From assembly GCF_001194135.2 (NCBI RefSeq), contig NC_068981.1, positions 185,783,228 through 185,821,030 on the forward strand: 37,803 bases of DNA, given 5' to 3'. Position numbers and translations under genes: made by a program. The DNA comes from Octopus bimaculoides (lineage: Eukaryota). The notes below the pieces were generated by a model. It saw only the letters and a list, made by a program, of their open reading frames with translations, ran no database searches and was not told where the DNA came from. This document shows, piece by piece, positions 22,120 to 33,718 of this stretch; the first letter of the stretch is position 1, and every line of letters starts with the position of its first letter.

Positions 22120-23400
22120 GGGATCGATGAATTACCCCTCCACCCAGTATCGCTGGCCTGCAAAGGTGGCTAGCTGCCCGGATCGTTAGTACATCGGGCA
22201 AAATTCTTAGCGCCATTTCGTCCGTCTTTACGTCCCGAGCTGTAATTCCACCGAGGTTAACTTTGCCTTTCATTCTTTCGGAGTCCTTAAAATAAGTACC
22301 AGATGAGCACTGGGGCCAATGTAATCGACTTACCCGAACCCCCTAAAATTGCTGGCCTTGTGCAAAAGATTTGAAACCGTTATTACTGAGCCGGCAGAAT
22401 CGCAACAGTGTCGGAACGAAATTTTGGTATTTCTTCCGACTCCATAAGCTGTGAGCTCAAAATTCCGCCGAGATCGATTTCGCTATTCACCTCCCGGGTA
22501 TCGATGAAATTATATACTAATCAATTAATGGCACCGATAATATCAACTAACCCCTCTCTAAATTTTCTGAACTTGTGCCGAAATCAGAAACAAAACAACT
22601 TGTTCTGAAGGTGGGACCAGGCAGATTCGATATTACGCTGAACAACATACGTCTTTACGTTCTGACTACGCCAAGGTTGACTTTACCTTTCATCCTTTCG
22701 GGGTCGATAAAATAAGTACGATTTGGGCACTGGAGTCGATTTAATCGACTTTCGCTCTTCCCCGAAATCGCTTCGCGGCATCTCGACCGCGTTTACACTC
22801 TGAGTTCAAATGCCGGTGAGGTTAACTTTGCCTTTCATCCTTTCGGGGTCGATAAATTAAAAGTCACGCATTGGGATCGATGTAATCGACTAGACCGATT
22901 ACCCTAAATTTCAGGCATTTTGTGAATAGTAGAAAGGATCATATTTGCTGTTGCCATTCTTGTAGTATATTGGGCTGTCCCTTGGCAGAATCCTTAGGGC
23001 GCCGGCAAAATACCTTGCAATATTTAGCACCGTGCTAGGCGGTGAGCTGGCAGAATCGTTACTCCACCGGGCATAATGTTTAGCGGTATATTCCGTATCT
23101 ACGTTCTGAGTTGAAATCCCACCGAGGTCAATTTTGTCTTTCATTCTTTCGGTGTCGACTAAATAAGTACCATTTGAATACTGGGGTCGATACAATCGAC
23201 ATTCTCCCCTGTCCTGAAATTACTTGAGCCTAAATTTTAACCTAAAAATTTCCGGGTGTAATTCCTGACGAAATCGACTTTTATTTCAATCCCTCGATTA
23301 TCAATAAAAAAAGTCACCAGCCAAGTTTTGGGGACCAGCAGAATTGCCAATGCTGACATCGCAAAAATTCTTGCTTTTGTACCAGACTTAGAAACCATTA
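22120..23400 (+). mobile_element. Head-to-tail cluster of about 7 family A SINE copies/fragments
   Basis: Units at approx. 22161-22384, 22386-22592, 22608-22772, 22772-22940, 22980-23035 (head only), 23037-23230 and 23250-23400. All are on +, and most have ttgcctttcat..tttcggggtcgat or a decayed equivalent. Confidence 0.85.
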
Positions 23401-23411
23401 ATATACGTATC

Positions 23412-23725
23412 TACTCTTTTACTTGTTTCAGTCATTTGACTGTGGCCATGCGGGAGCACCGCCTTTAGTCGAGCAAATCGACCCCAGTACTTATTCTTTA
23501 TAAGCCTATTACTTTTTCTATCGGTCTCTTATGCCGAACCGCTAAGTTACAGGGATGTGAACACACCGGCATCGGTTGTCAAGCGATGTTGGGGGGACAA
23601 ACACAGACACACAGACACACACACACGCACACACGCACACATACACACATACACACACACACACACATATATATACATATATACGACGGACATCTTTAAG
23701 TTTCTGTCTACCAAATCCACTCACA
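23412..23725 (-). mobile_element. SINE family B, 3' half plus internal microsatellite, running into gap 23726-24681
   Basis: tactcttttacttgtttcagtcatttgactg..gccatgc.ggagcaccgcctttagtcgagcaaatcgacccc...(CA)n...tctaccaaatccactcaca. Confidence 0.85.
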
Positions 23726-24681
23726 NNNNNNNNNNNNNNNNNNNNNNNNNNNNNNNNNNNNNNNNNNNNNNNNNNNNNNNNNNNNNNNNNNNNNNNNNNN
23801 NNNNNNNNNNNNNNNNNNNNNNNNNNNNNNNNNNNNNNNNNNNNNNNNNNNNNNNNNNNNNNNNNNNNNNNNNNNNNNNNNNNNNNNNNNNNNNNNNNNN
23901 NNNNNNNNNNNNNNNNNNNNNNNNNNNNNNNNNNNNNNNNNNNNNNNNNNNNNNNNNNNNNNNNNNNNNNNNNNNNNNNNNNNNNNNNNNNNNNNNNNNN
24001 NNNNNNNNNNNNNNNNNNNNNNNNNNNNNNNNNNNNNNNNNNNNNNNNNNNNNNNNNNNNNNNNNNNNNNNNNNNNNNNNNNNNNNNNNNNNNNNNNNNN
24101 NNNNNNNNNNNNNNNNNNNNNNNNNNNNNNNNNNNNNNNNNNNNNNNNNNNNNNNNNNNNNNNNNNNNNNNNNNNNNNNNNNNNNNNNNNNNNNNNNNNN
24201 NNNNNNNNNNNNNNNNNNNNNNNNNNNNNNNNNNNNNNNNNNNNNNNNNNNNNNNNNNNNNNNNNNNNNNNNNNNNNNNNNNNNNNNNNNNNNNNNNNNN
24301 NNNNNNNNNNNNNNNNNNNNNNNNNNNNNNNNNNNNNNNNNNNNNNNNNNNNNNNNNNNNNNNNNNNNNNNNNNNNNNNNNNNNNNNNNNNNNNNNNNNN
24401 NNNNNNNNNNNNNNNNNNNNNNNNNNNNNNNNNNNNNNNNNNNNNNNNNNNNNNNNNNNNNNNNNNNNNNNNNNNNNNNNNNNNNNNNNNNNNNNNNNNN
24501 NNNNNNNNNNNNNNNNNNNNNNNNNNNNNNNNNNNNNNNNNNNNNNNNNNNNNNNNNNNNNNNNNNNNNNNNNNNNNNNNNNNNNNNNNNNNNNNNNNNN
24601 NNNNNNNNNNNNNNNNNNNNNNNNNNNNNNNNNNNNNNNNNNNNNNNNNNNNNNNNNNNNNNNNNNNNNNNNNNNNNNNNN

Positions 24682-24854
24682 ATACATATACATATATACG
24701 ACGGGCTTCTTTCAGTTTCCGTCTACCAAATCCATTCACAAGGATGTGGTCGGCCGGAGGCTATAGTAGAAGACACCTGCCCAAGGTGACACGCAGTGGG
24801 ACTGAACCCGGTAACATGTGGTTGGTAAGCAAGCTACTTACCACACAGCCACTC
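24682..24854 (-). mobile_element. SINE family B, 5' half (near consensus)
   Basis: acgacgggcttctttcagtttccgtctaccaaatcc...agaagacacctgcccaaggt..cgcagtgggactgaacccgg..catgtggttggtaagcaagctacttaccacacagccact. Confidence 0.9.
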
Positions 24855-25575
24855 TAACCAAGTTGATAAAACTGTGAAGAATATAATTCTTCCATTTTAA
24901 ATCTTCCATGAATATTATTGTTGTCTTATGGATAACACGTCTGTGTTTTTTCGGACAATGTGATGTAGCCGACGCAATATAGTGGAGAAGGCTAGCCACT
25001 GGATTTGGTTAAAAAGAGACGATGAGCGATGGCTAGAGAAATATTGAGCTTTGTTTAATAATCAGTTGATCTAGCAAGCGAGGCCTCATATCAGTGAGGG
25101 GGGGAGGGCCGGTGCGCATTGATGCCGTCGAGAGGTAGGCCCCCAAACGGCGCGCATTCTCTCCTGATGACCCCATACACTTGCTGGCTTCCGGTATGCG
25201 GAATTCTTGACTGGTAGCACTTGCATGTGCAAGTTGTTTGCAAGACACATGACCTTGTGTTACAGCAGAAAAATATAACGGATGGAAATAATTTAAGAAT
25301 GACATATTGAATAAACGTTGTTGTAATGAATATTTGCTGTTACATTTCCTGGTCGAATTGTGTAAGAGAATAATCATAGGAGTGTGTTTTTATTTTTATA
25401 TAAAGATTTCTACCTCCATATATATATATATACTGATGCCTTCACATACACAGATGTGTATGTATAACTGTGTGTGCGTGTGAATGTGTGTGTATGTGTG
25501 TGTTTGTGAAGTTGTATGTTTTAGTATAGTGCTTGCATCTCTCACTATGTGTAATTGCATACATAAATCTTTGTG

Positions 25576-25616
<41 letters not shown>

Positions 25617-25620
25617 ATAT
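25576..25620. repeat. (TCTA)n microsatellite
   Basis: Direct reading. Confidence 0.95.
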
Positions 25621-26567
25621 ACAAGAATAGGGCAGGGAATCGTCAATTAATAATAGAATTAATAATTAACAATTTTGCCAAGTAGTTCAGTATGAAAAAA
25701 CCTTTATCGGTAAAACCATTTATCATCATAAATATACAAGGATTAGCATTGAGTTGCTTCTCCAACATACTGAAAATTTAGAAATAGCAGTCAAAGAACT
25801 ACTGATTCTAAACTACAAATTTTTCTCTAAACGGATGGCGATATTTATGGCACACATAGAACAAAAAACTTTCAAATTTATCAGAATATCGGACTGAAGA
25901 TTTGGAATAGAGAAATTTNNNNNNNNNNNNNNNNNNNNNNNNNNNNNNNNNNNNNNNNNNNNNNNNNNNNNNNNNNNNNNNNNNNNNNNNNNNNNNNNNN
26001 NNNNNNNNNNNNNNNNNNNNNNNNNNNNNNNNNNNNNNNNNNNNNNNNNNNNNNNNNNNNNNNNNNNNNNNNNNNNNNNNNNNNNNNNNNNNNNNNNNNN
26101 NNNNNNNNNNNNNNNNNNNNNNNNNNNNNNNNNNNNNNNNNNNNNNNNNNNNNNNNNNNNNNNNNNNNNNNNNNNNNNNNNNNNNNNNNNNNNNNNNNNN
26201 NNNNNNNNNNNNNNNNNNNNNNNNNNNNNNNNNNNNNNNNNNNNNNNNNNNNNNNNNNNNNNNNNNNNNNNNNNNNNNNNNNNNNNNNNNNNNNNNNNNN
26301 NNNNNNNNNNNNNNNNNNNNNNNNNNNNNNNNNNNNNNNNNNNNNNNNNNNNNNNNNNNNNNNNNNNNNNNNNNNNNNNNNNNNNNNNNNNNNNNNNNNN
26401 NNNNNNNNNNNNNNNNNNNNNNNNNNNNNNNNNNNNNNNNNNNNNNNNNNNNNNNNNNNNNNNNNNNNNNNNNNNNNNNNNNNNNNNNNNNNNNNNNNNN
26501 NNNNNNNNNNNNNNNNNNNNNNNNNNNNNNNNNNNNNNNNNNNNNNNNNNNNNNNNNNNNNNNNNNN

Positions 26568-26613
<46 letters not shown>

Positions 26614-26681
26614 CGCACACACATAAATAATACATACATACATACATATATACATAATACATACATACATACAAACATACA

Positions 26682-26715
<34 letters not shown>

Positions 26716-26740
26716 CATACATACATATATACATACATAT
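26568..26740. repeat. (TA)n/(ATAC)n microsatellite after gap 25919-26567
   Basis: Direct reading. Confidence 0.95.
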
Positions 26741-27125
26741 AAGAAGACGCCAAAGTATGCATAGAACCAATCTGTGGAAACTTAAAATAAACGCAAACAT
26801 CTATACTGTGAAAAATCTAGAATCTCGCATTGTCACACGCGGGCAATTATATTTGAACAAAATATGACAAGAAAATAAAAAAAAGGCGCATCAGCAAATT
26901 CTCAAAGATGTTACAATATGGGATTTTGGAAATGAAAAACAAACGACAAAAGTAGCGAAAAAGAGCGTAAAGACACCCCATGTTCTCAGTAATCCTCTTT
27001 TCCGTCTAATCCTAGTGGCTTTCGTTTCATAGAACTGGTGATTATCCGCATATTCATGGCATTTAAGCTGACGATATCAGACTCTGTCCTCGGCAGGATG
27101 CCACTCTGTAGCGGTACTAACTCAC

Positions 27126-27210
27126 TGATATCACCGGCACTGATTTGCAGATGAAAACCGAGAAACGAGGTACCTTGTTCTGAGACTCTCGGCCTGTCCG
27201 AGTATCGAAC
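27126..27210 (-). other. Candidate 85-nt exon, product unrecognised
   Basis: Acceptor tcgtttttagatttcag| and donor gatatca|gtgagt in unique, relatively GC-rich sequence. Two frames are open (VRYSDRPRVSEQGTSFLGFHLQISAGDI; FDTRTGRESQNKVPRFSVFICKSVPVIS). Confidence 0.3.
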
Positions 27211-27321
27211 CTGAAATCTAAAAACGATGTCCCAAACAGTCTCACTAGTAGGGGACGGTCCTTCACACATTTACCAGTACAGAACGTAAAGATGATGAGA
27301 TTACTCATTGGTTATATGAAT

Positions 27322-27538
27322 ATTGGTTTCGAATCTTGACACTAGTCCAGCAATTACGCGGGCGGGAGTAAAGCGATTACAACGACTCCAGGGCTCAGCT
27401 GGTACTTATTTTATCGAATCAAAAACAATGAAAGGTAAAAATTGATCCTGGCGCATTTGAACTCACAAAGTATAGTCTGAAGAAATGACCCTAAACACTT
27501 TTCCCGTCGCGGTAAAGATTCTGTCAGTTCGTTGCCTT
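27322..27538 (-). mobile_element. SINE family A
   Basis: ggtttcgaatcttgacactagtccagcaatt...ctggtacttattttatcga...atttgaactcaca...gattctgtcagttcgttgcctt. Confidence 0.75.
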
Positions 27539-27546
27539 CAATTATA

Positions 27547-28265
27547 TACTCTTTTACTTGTTTCAGTTATTTGACTGCGGCCATGCTGGAGCAACGCCTT
27601 TAGTTGACAAATCGACCCCAGCACTTATTCTTTGGAAGCCTAGTACTTATGTCGGTCTGTTTTGCGGAACCTATANNNNNNNNNNNNNNNNNNNNNNNNN
27701 NNNNNNNNNNNNNNNNNNNNNNNNNNNNNNNNNNNNNNNNNNNNNNNNNNNNNNNNNNNNNNNNNNNNNNNNNNNNNNNNNNNNNNNNNNNNNNNNNNNN
27801 NNNNNNNNNNNNNNNNNNNNNNNNNNNNNNNNNNNNNNNNNNNNNNNNNNNNNNNNNNNNNNNNNNNNNNNNNNNNNNNNNNNNNNNNNNNNNNNNNNNN
27901 NNNNNNNNNNNNNNNNNNNNNNNNNNNNNNNNNNNNNNNNNNNNNNNNNNNNNNNNNNNNNNNNNNNNNNNNNNNNNNNNNNNNNNNNNNNNNNNNNNNN
28001 NNNNNNNNNNNNNNNNNNNNNNNNNNNNNNNNNNNNNNNNNNNNNNNNNNNNNNNNNNNNNNNNNNNNNNNNNNNNNNNNNNNNNNNNNNNNNNNNNNNN
28101 NNNNNNNNNNNNNNNNNNNNNNNNNNNNNNNNNNNNNNNNNNNNNNNNNNNNNNNNNNNNNNNNNNNNNNNNNNNNNNNNNTATATATATATACGACAGG
28201 CTTCTTTCAGTTTCCGTCTACCAAATCCACTCACAAGGCTATAGTAGAAGACACTTGCCCAAGGT
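27547..28265 (-). mobile_element. SINE family B spanning gap 27676-28181
   Basis: The 3' end tactcttttacttgtttcag.. lies left of the gap; gcttctttcagtttccgtctaccaaatccactcacaaggctatagtagaagacacttgcccaagg lies to the right. Confidence 0.85.
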
Positions 28266-28384
28266 ACCAGATTTCTGAGAATATATGTGTGTATGCTTGT
28301 CTGTATGTGTATATGTTTGTCTGGCCGTGCGAGTGTGTAGATTTAGGAGCAATAGATTTAGCAATTTAGATTTAGGAGCAGTAA

Positions 28385-29400
28385 AACAGTCTCCCTTTTG
28401 AAAGTTGGAATGTGATAGTAATTGTGAAGGGTTGAGGCATTTTCCACCTTTGGTGAGTCACTAGTCTTTAGATGCAGTTTTGCTGATTTGCCATGATGTG
28501 GCTGTGTGTTCGCCATGAGAGTGATTTGAAGAGGTAGCGAGGGATTTATTTGCGTGTTGCATATGTGTAAATGGAGCGACGGTCTGCTAAAGGGCATATA
28601 TTTTTGGAGGGAGGGGTCGCACAAAGACACAAGACTGTCAAGTCTCTTTCGAAAGTTCTTCCCCGGGCTCTGATTATTTGACATGAGACATGGTTCTAAA
28701 TAAATGACACTTGCGTATGAAACGGTAGAGCATGAAAAAGTAGGTATCTTTGTGTCGGAGCGAATATTGTTGGGTACGATCGCAAATAGATTGCTGATAG
28801 CAGGAGTGTGAGAAGACAACGAAACGTAGGGTCCACAAAGCAGATAGAATTTTGATTAAAGAAAGAGGGAGAAAAAAGATGTACCCGAACACAAGGCCGT
28901 TTTTCGGTCTGACAGAAATTGTAGTCATCAAAATTACTCAACAAATGGATGGAGTCGATTGACAGATAGTTTTGTCTTTCGATTCTCGCACCAGATAAAA
29001 TCGACGGGTTTGCTATGGTTGAGTACAAAGACAATGCTATAACCGTATTTCTCGATATGGGAAAGCTCATTTCTAAGTGATATAGGAATGTATAACTCCA
29101 TCATATGTAGCACTACGGAAACAGTATCGGTGGTCTTTAAAGAAAGAGGGAGATTCAAGTTATTGGATAGTGATGTTGCTAATGGATGATTTCGTTACTT
29201 TTGGGAGTTGTAGAAATGAAAGCAATAGGATGGTAGTTGGTAGGACGGATGCAGTGTCCTTTCTGGGATTGGAATATATCCTTAGACCAGGAGAGAGTAA
29301 GGGTTTGGTATGGATTGAAGCTAACATTGTGAAGCATTGGTTTGCAGAAATGGAGAGATTTGAGAAGATTTAACACACTGCATGAAGTCCACTTCAAATC
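28385..29400 (-). pseudogene. Decayed non-LTR retrotransposon (CR1/Jockey-like) reverse transcriptase fragment
   Basis: Frameshifted motifs occur in RT order: QKGHCIRPTNYHPIAFIS (KKGD..P.NYRPI.L.S), DHRYCFRSA (DHQYGFR), CGPYVSLSSH..ISNLFAIVPNNIRSDTK (QGSVLSP..INDL....YADD, catalytic motif lost), LSWRTH, KTAS...NPSQLL. Confidence 0.8.
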
Positions 29401-29774
29401 GTTTTCTGGCGTTCAACCGACATCTTCAATACTGCAAACAAACAATAGGAAACAAAACATTAAATATCCGAATTATTCACAATATTTCAACATTTTAAAT
29501 CGAATCATTTCTCTTTTGTTTCCAATCGAACGAGATCACTTATTCTTTATACTCACTTTGACGTTTCTGGAATACTGATTGAAATCGATCTGCTAACTCA
29601 CATGACAAGATCGATGCTCCCCTTCCTTTACATCAAAACTCACTTATCAAGCAAATGCTGTGTTAGCCATTTTCTCTGTCAGCTACCATTAAATACTGTT
29701 TGCATCGCTATTTGTCCAGCATATTTCTCTTATCTAAACTAATTATAAATTCAAAAGCAAATTTGAATAACGTC

Positions 29775-29850
29775 GAGAAGACGTTAGGTTCTTTAGTTTT
29801 AGCTCTTTAGTTTGTTTCAGGCAACGCAGTTATGACCATGCTGTAGCACA
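29775..29850 (-). mobile_element. Decayed SINE family B, 3' end
   Basis: gctctttagtttgtttcagg....tgaccatgctgtagcac. Confidence 0.45.
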
Positions 29851-29954
29851 GATTTGTTTTAAAAAAAACAACACTACCCAATAATTCTTTTTATGAAGTA
29901 AAAGCTTTTAGGGATTATTGCTTCATATTTCATTTCATTCTAAAGTTTTTGTAA

Positions 29955-29989
<35 letters not shown>

Positions 29990-29990
29990 C
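29955..29990. repeat. (CT)n microsatellite
   Basis: Direct reading. Confidence 0.95.
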
Positions 29991-31269
29991 TGTCTTTTTA
30001 ATTCAGTGTGTAATCCATTAAAAGGCTGAAAATTGTAGTGTTTACATTAGAGATATTTTTTGTCTGTTATGTTTTTGTCTGTTACTGTCATTCACAATGT
30101 CATTCATATTCGGGTATTAGTGGTAACTATAAAACAGATAAATGTAAGACTGCTGTTGTGTTAATAATGACATCGCTATAATATTAGTTGTAATTTGTAT
30201 GAAATACATTCTACTTGGAGAGTGTAAAAGCATAATTCAAAGCTGCGAATTAAATTTAGTTGTAACTTGTTTTTATAATGATGATAAATGGCTGCCGGAG
30301 ATAGAGAGAGAGAGGATGATATGCTTGGCTCTCAGATTAATTGTCATCCATATCTCTACTAATACCAGACCAGTAAGATTGATGTCACTTGAACTTTGTA
30401 AATCAACACCTACAAGAAAAAAACATAAGCAAGGAAGAAATTACAGAGGGACAGTATTCTATGGAAGAAGGAGTGGTATTTTGAGAAGTGTAGAATTCGT
30501 TGTGTAGCCGTTGGACACGACAAAAACCATGAAACTACTTGAATGTATGAGGGTTAATGGCCGATATTGTATTAGGGATAAAACAAACGAGTCCGAGAGA
30601 ACGAAGTCTGTGAGTGTGGACTAGAAGCTGATCTGTGTCTCTGAGCAATTTTATACTAGAGAATCTGGGACCATTTTAATGGACACTGTCTAGATTGTTT
30701 GCGTGCGCTGTAACTGTAACATTAGGTTCAGCGGCAGCAGCCGTGGAACAGCAGCCGTGGAACAGCATATCCCCTAGTGACCTCACCTGAATATTATACA
30801 CCGTATTGGTCTGAATCAAAACCATGGATTTAATGGCGGAAAATAATCAAGTTTCAATTTCAAAATCGTAATAATTTAGAAATGAAAAGCTACGTTAGCA
30901 GACAGAATTTGCTAGCATTGGTATGTTGTCTATAAACTGTTGTTCGGAGATAAAGCATATTCTTCCAAGCTGTCTTCATAATCTAGAAATATATCTCTCA
31001 ATGCTTCACATCCGATTAATTAATTACATATTTCTGATTATATATTAACATATTCTGATGTTTGATGACAACAAATATTAAGTAAAACTTACTAATCAGT
31101 GAGTATTTCGTATTATTTCGTATTTCTGGTGAATTATAAATGGTTACAGAGCAGAGGAGAATTTAAGAGACGAAAATTAAAGGAAATAAACTTCGAAACT
31201 TATATAATTCTATGTAATTCTGCTTGGTTTCTTGAAATGCTGCTGAAAGTGAATTTTAGCAAAGTCTGA

Positions 31270-31341
31270 TGCATGCACACATACACAGACATACGTATGC
31301 ATACATGCATACATACACGTATACATACATGCATGCATACA

Positions 31342-31377
<36 letters not shown>

Positions 31378-31415
31378 TGTATGTATAGAAAGGTAGACAG
31401 AGAGAGAGAGAGAGA
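31270..31415. repeat. (ATAC)n/(AG)n microsatellite
   Basis: Direct reading. Confidence 0.95.
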
Positions 31416-32334
31416 CAATATTCTGTCTAATGACGTAATGTAATAGATATATACAATAAGTGCTCAGTTTCACTTACATTCTAAACCTCTGACTTAACTG
31501 CAAATTAAACTAAATGGTGTTGTAGCTACCTAGCAATGAATGTCTATACGTGTTTCCTCATTGAGTGGATAGATATATATTAGAAAGGAAGAACGAATAG
31601 ACAACACGGGTGGTATACCTTAAGATCATAGACTTTATATATCTAAACATAATTGTAAAACAGAGTTGTTCTAATAGAGTGTATCGTATAAATAAGAGAG
31701 TAAGATGTTCATATATTCTTTTACAACTATTTCCAGAATAGAAGCGCGTATGATTCATTTCTCTGTGGCCGAAAATAGGCTTTGCGTATATTAGCAGACT
31801 GCACCGGTTTCAGTGAGAGAAAAATTGAAAAATTAGGTGATCTATAAGTCTGATTAATCTGAAACTGTGTGACGAATAAAAAATAGATCAAATTTCAAAA
31901 CAAGAAAGAAAACAAACAAAAAAAAAGAAAACAACTTATGCCACATTCTGACATCGTTGCAACCCGACTGACCTCAAAATAATTTCTTTAAGAAGATAAA
32001 TTTTCCTAACCGCAAGACATATTAGTAAGTGTTTCATCTTCTTGTCATCACTGCTCACCAACTTTCTATCTAACAAGCTACGTACATATATATACCCGCA
32101 TGTGTGCCTGAATATACATGGAAATATTACTGTGCATAAACATAGAATTCTAGACAGTGATTCATATATAATCACTTACCAATGTAGTTATGCATATATA
32201 GATATTGATTTTTAATGACCTTTCATAAATCACTAAAATTGTGGATGAATACTACAAAATGGCTGAAGGATAGGAACGGTTTTAGAAAGAAATAACAATC
32301 TTTTGATGGTCAGCACAAAGAATATATCAATAGT

Positions 32335-32695
32335 GTGTATATGTACGTATGTGTGTGTATATATANNNNNNNNNNNNNNNNNNNNNNNNNNNNNNNNNNN
32401 NNNNNNNNNNNNNNNNNNNNNNNNNNNNNNNNNNNNNNNNNNNNNNNNNNNNNNNNNNNNNNNNNNNNNNNNNNNNNNNNNNNNNNNNNNNNNNNNNNNN
32501 NNNNNNNNNNNNNNNNNNNNNNNNNNNNNNNNNNNNNNNNNNNNNNNNNNNNNNNNNNNNNNNNNNNNNNNNNNNNNNNNNNNNNNNNNNNNNTATGTAT
32601 GTATGTATGTATGTATGTATGTATGAATGTATGTTTGTATGTATGCATATAGACACGCGCACGCACACACTCACACATGTACACACGCATATATA
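32335..32695. repeat. (TA)/(TATG)/(CA) microsatellite spanning gap 32366-32593
   Basis: Direct reading. Confidence 0.9.
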
Positions 32696-32769
32696 ACTAA
32701 AACTTAAATATTAAGAAGCCTAGCTGTTAGTGAAGTAAAAATGCCTACATACATTCATATATTGTTTCA

Positions 32770-33199
32770 ATTCTGCGATAAAGACATGGAGTGAGTCTCA
32801 TGATTCACTGCTTCTGTCTTATTATCCATAATCTTGTAGCTTCATCTGTTGCACTAACTGTACTTCGTATGGAAACGGGTTGATTCCTTCAAGAAATTCG
32901 CTGGATTGACGCCCAAGACATCCCAACATGTCGAGATCACCATGAAGTAGATGTACACGGAGCTTTTTCAATACTCTGTTACCCGCTCAACTACTGCTTG
33001 ATTTTTAATCGAATGTGGTTTGATTTTTGGAAGGTTATTTACTAACCTGTATCCTCAATTCGGCGAACCAAATTCGTAACCATGGATTTACTTGGAGAAT
33101 CTTTCACAAAATAATAGCAATGAATAGTTTGAATTATTGACACTTTATTTTGGAAGAGGAATTTCACCGCCTTCGTTGTTCAGTTGTCACTTTTTCCAT
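32770..33199 (-). pseudogene. Decayed Tc1/mariner-superfamily transposase N-terminus (helix-turn-helix region)
   Basis: Reads MEKVTTEQR / TKAVKFLFQNKVSIIQT..VKDSPSKSMVTNLVRRIEDTG**..QSIEKAPCTSTSW*SRHVGMSWASIQRIS. This resembles the MERYT.EQR..IV..YFQN..S...PS...I..L..RFE.TGSV...SV...P.TS.RRRS..LG.SR.S..RIL N-terminus of IS630-Tc1-mariner transposases (recognised from memory); it has multiple stops. Confidence 0.65.
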
Positions 33200-33270
33200 G
33201 ATTATTTGCCAAGGCCATTTTTAAATAAAGTACTTGAAAGAAAACTTCAAAGAAAATTAATGAGTAAAGA

Positions 33271-33490
33271 ATATTGGTTCCGAATTTTGGCACAAGGCCA
33301 GCAAGTACAGGGGAGAAAGTACGTCGGTTACATCGACATCAGTACTCAGGTGGCACCTATCTTATCGAACGTAAAATGTTGAAAAGGAAAGTCAATCTCG
33401 GCGCTATTTGAACTCAGACGTTAAGAAAAACGGTAAAAAATACCCTACACATCTTATCCGGCTTGCTACCGTCTCTCTCAGCTCACCGAC
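33271..33490 (-). mobile_element. SINE family A
   Basis: ttggttccgaattttggcacaaggccagcaag...gtcggttacatcgac..cagtactcag...ctatttgaactcagacg...cagctcaccg. Confidence 0.75.
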
Positions 33491-33718
33491 TTGAGACCTT
33501 TTCAAATATAGAGCACTAAAGCTATGCGATTGGTAGTTAGTTTGTTTCATATTTTCAAGGACGATATTCGAGTAATTGTTTTCATTTCGAATAAGAAACT
33601 GATAAAAAAAATATTAAACTTTCAAATTCCTTGGTGATTTTTAGACCATCCAGTATTATGACGCTGGGTTGTTCTTGAAGTGAAAATATCTAAATATATT
33701 CCTTTATAGTTTATTTTT

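Noticed and set aside
22120-23400. CRISPR-like or satellite array
   Set aside because: Units are 160-230-bp diverged SINE copies without constant repeats or unique spacers, in a eukaryotic context.
25163-25210. Hammerhead ribozyme (CTGATGA...catac/gtatg stem)
   Set aside because: The core reads GAAT rather than GAAA, and stems I and III cannot be formed.
30199-30507. 102-aa ORF
   Set aside because: No recognisable domain, includes an (AG)n stretch and lacks convincing splice context; possibly an old repeat remnant.
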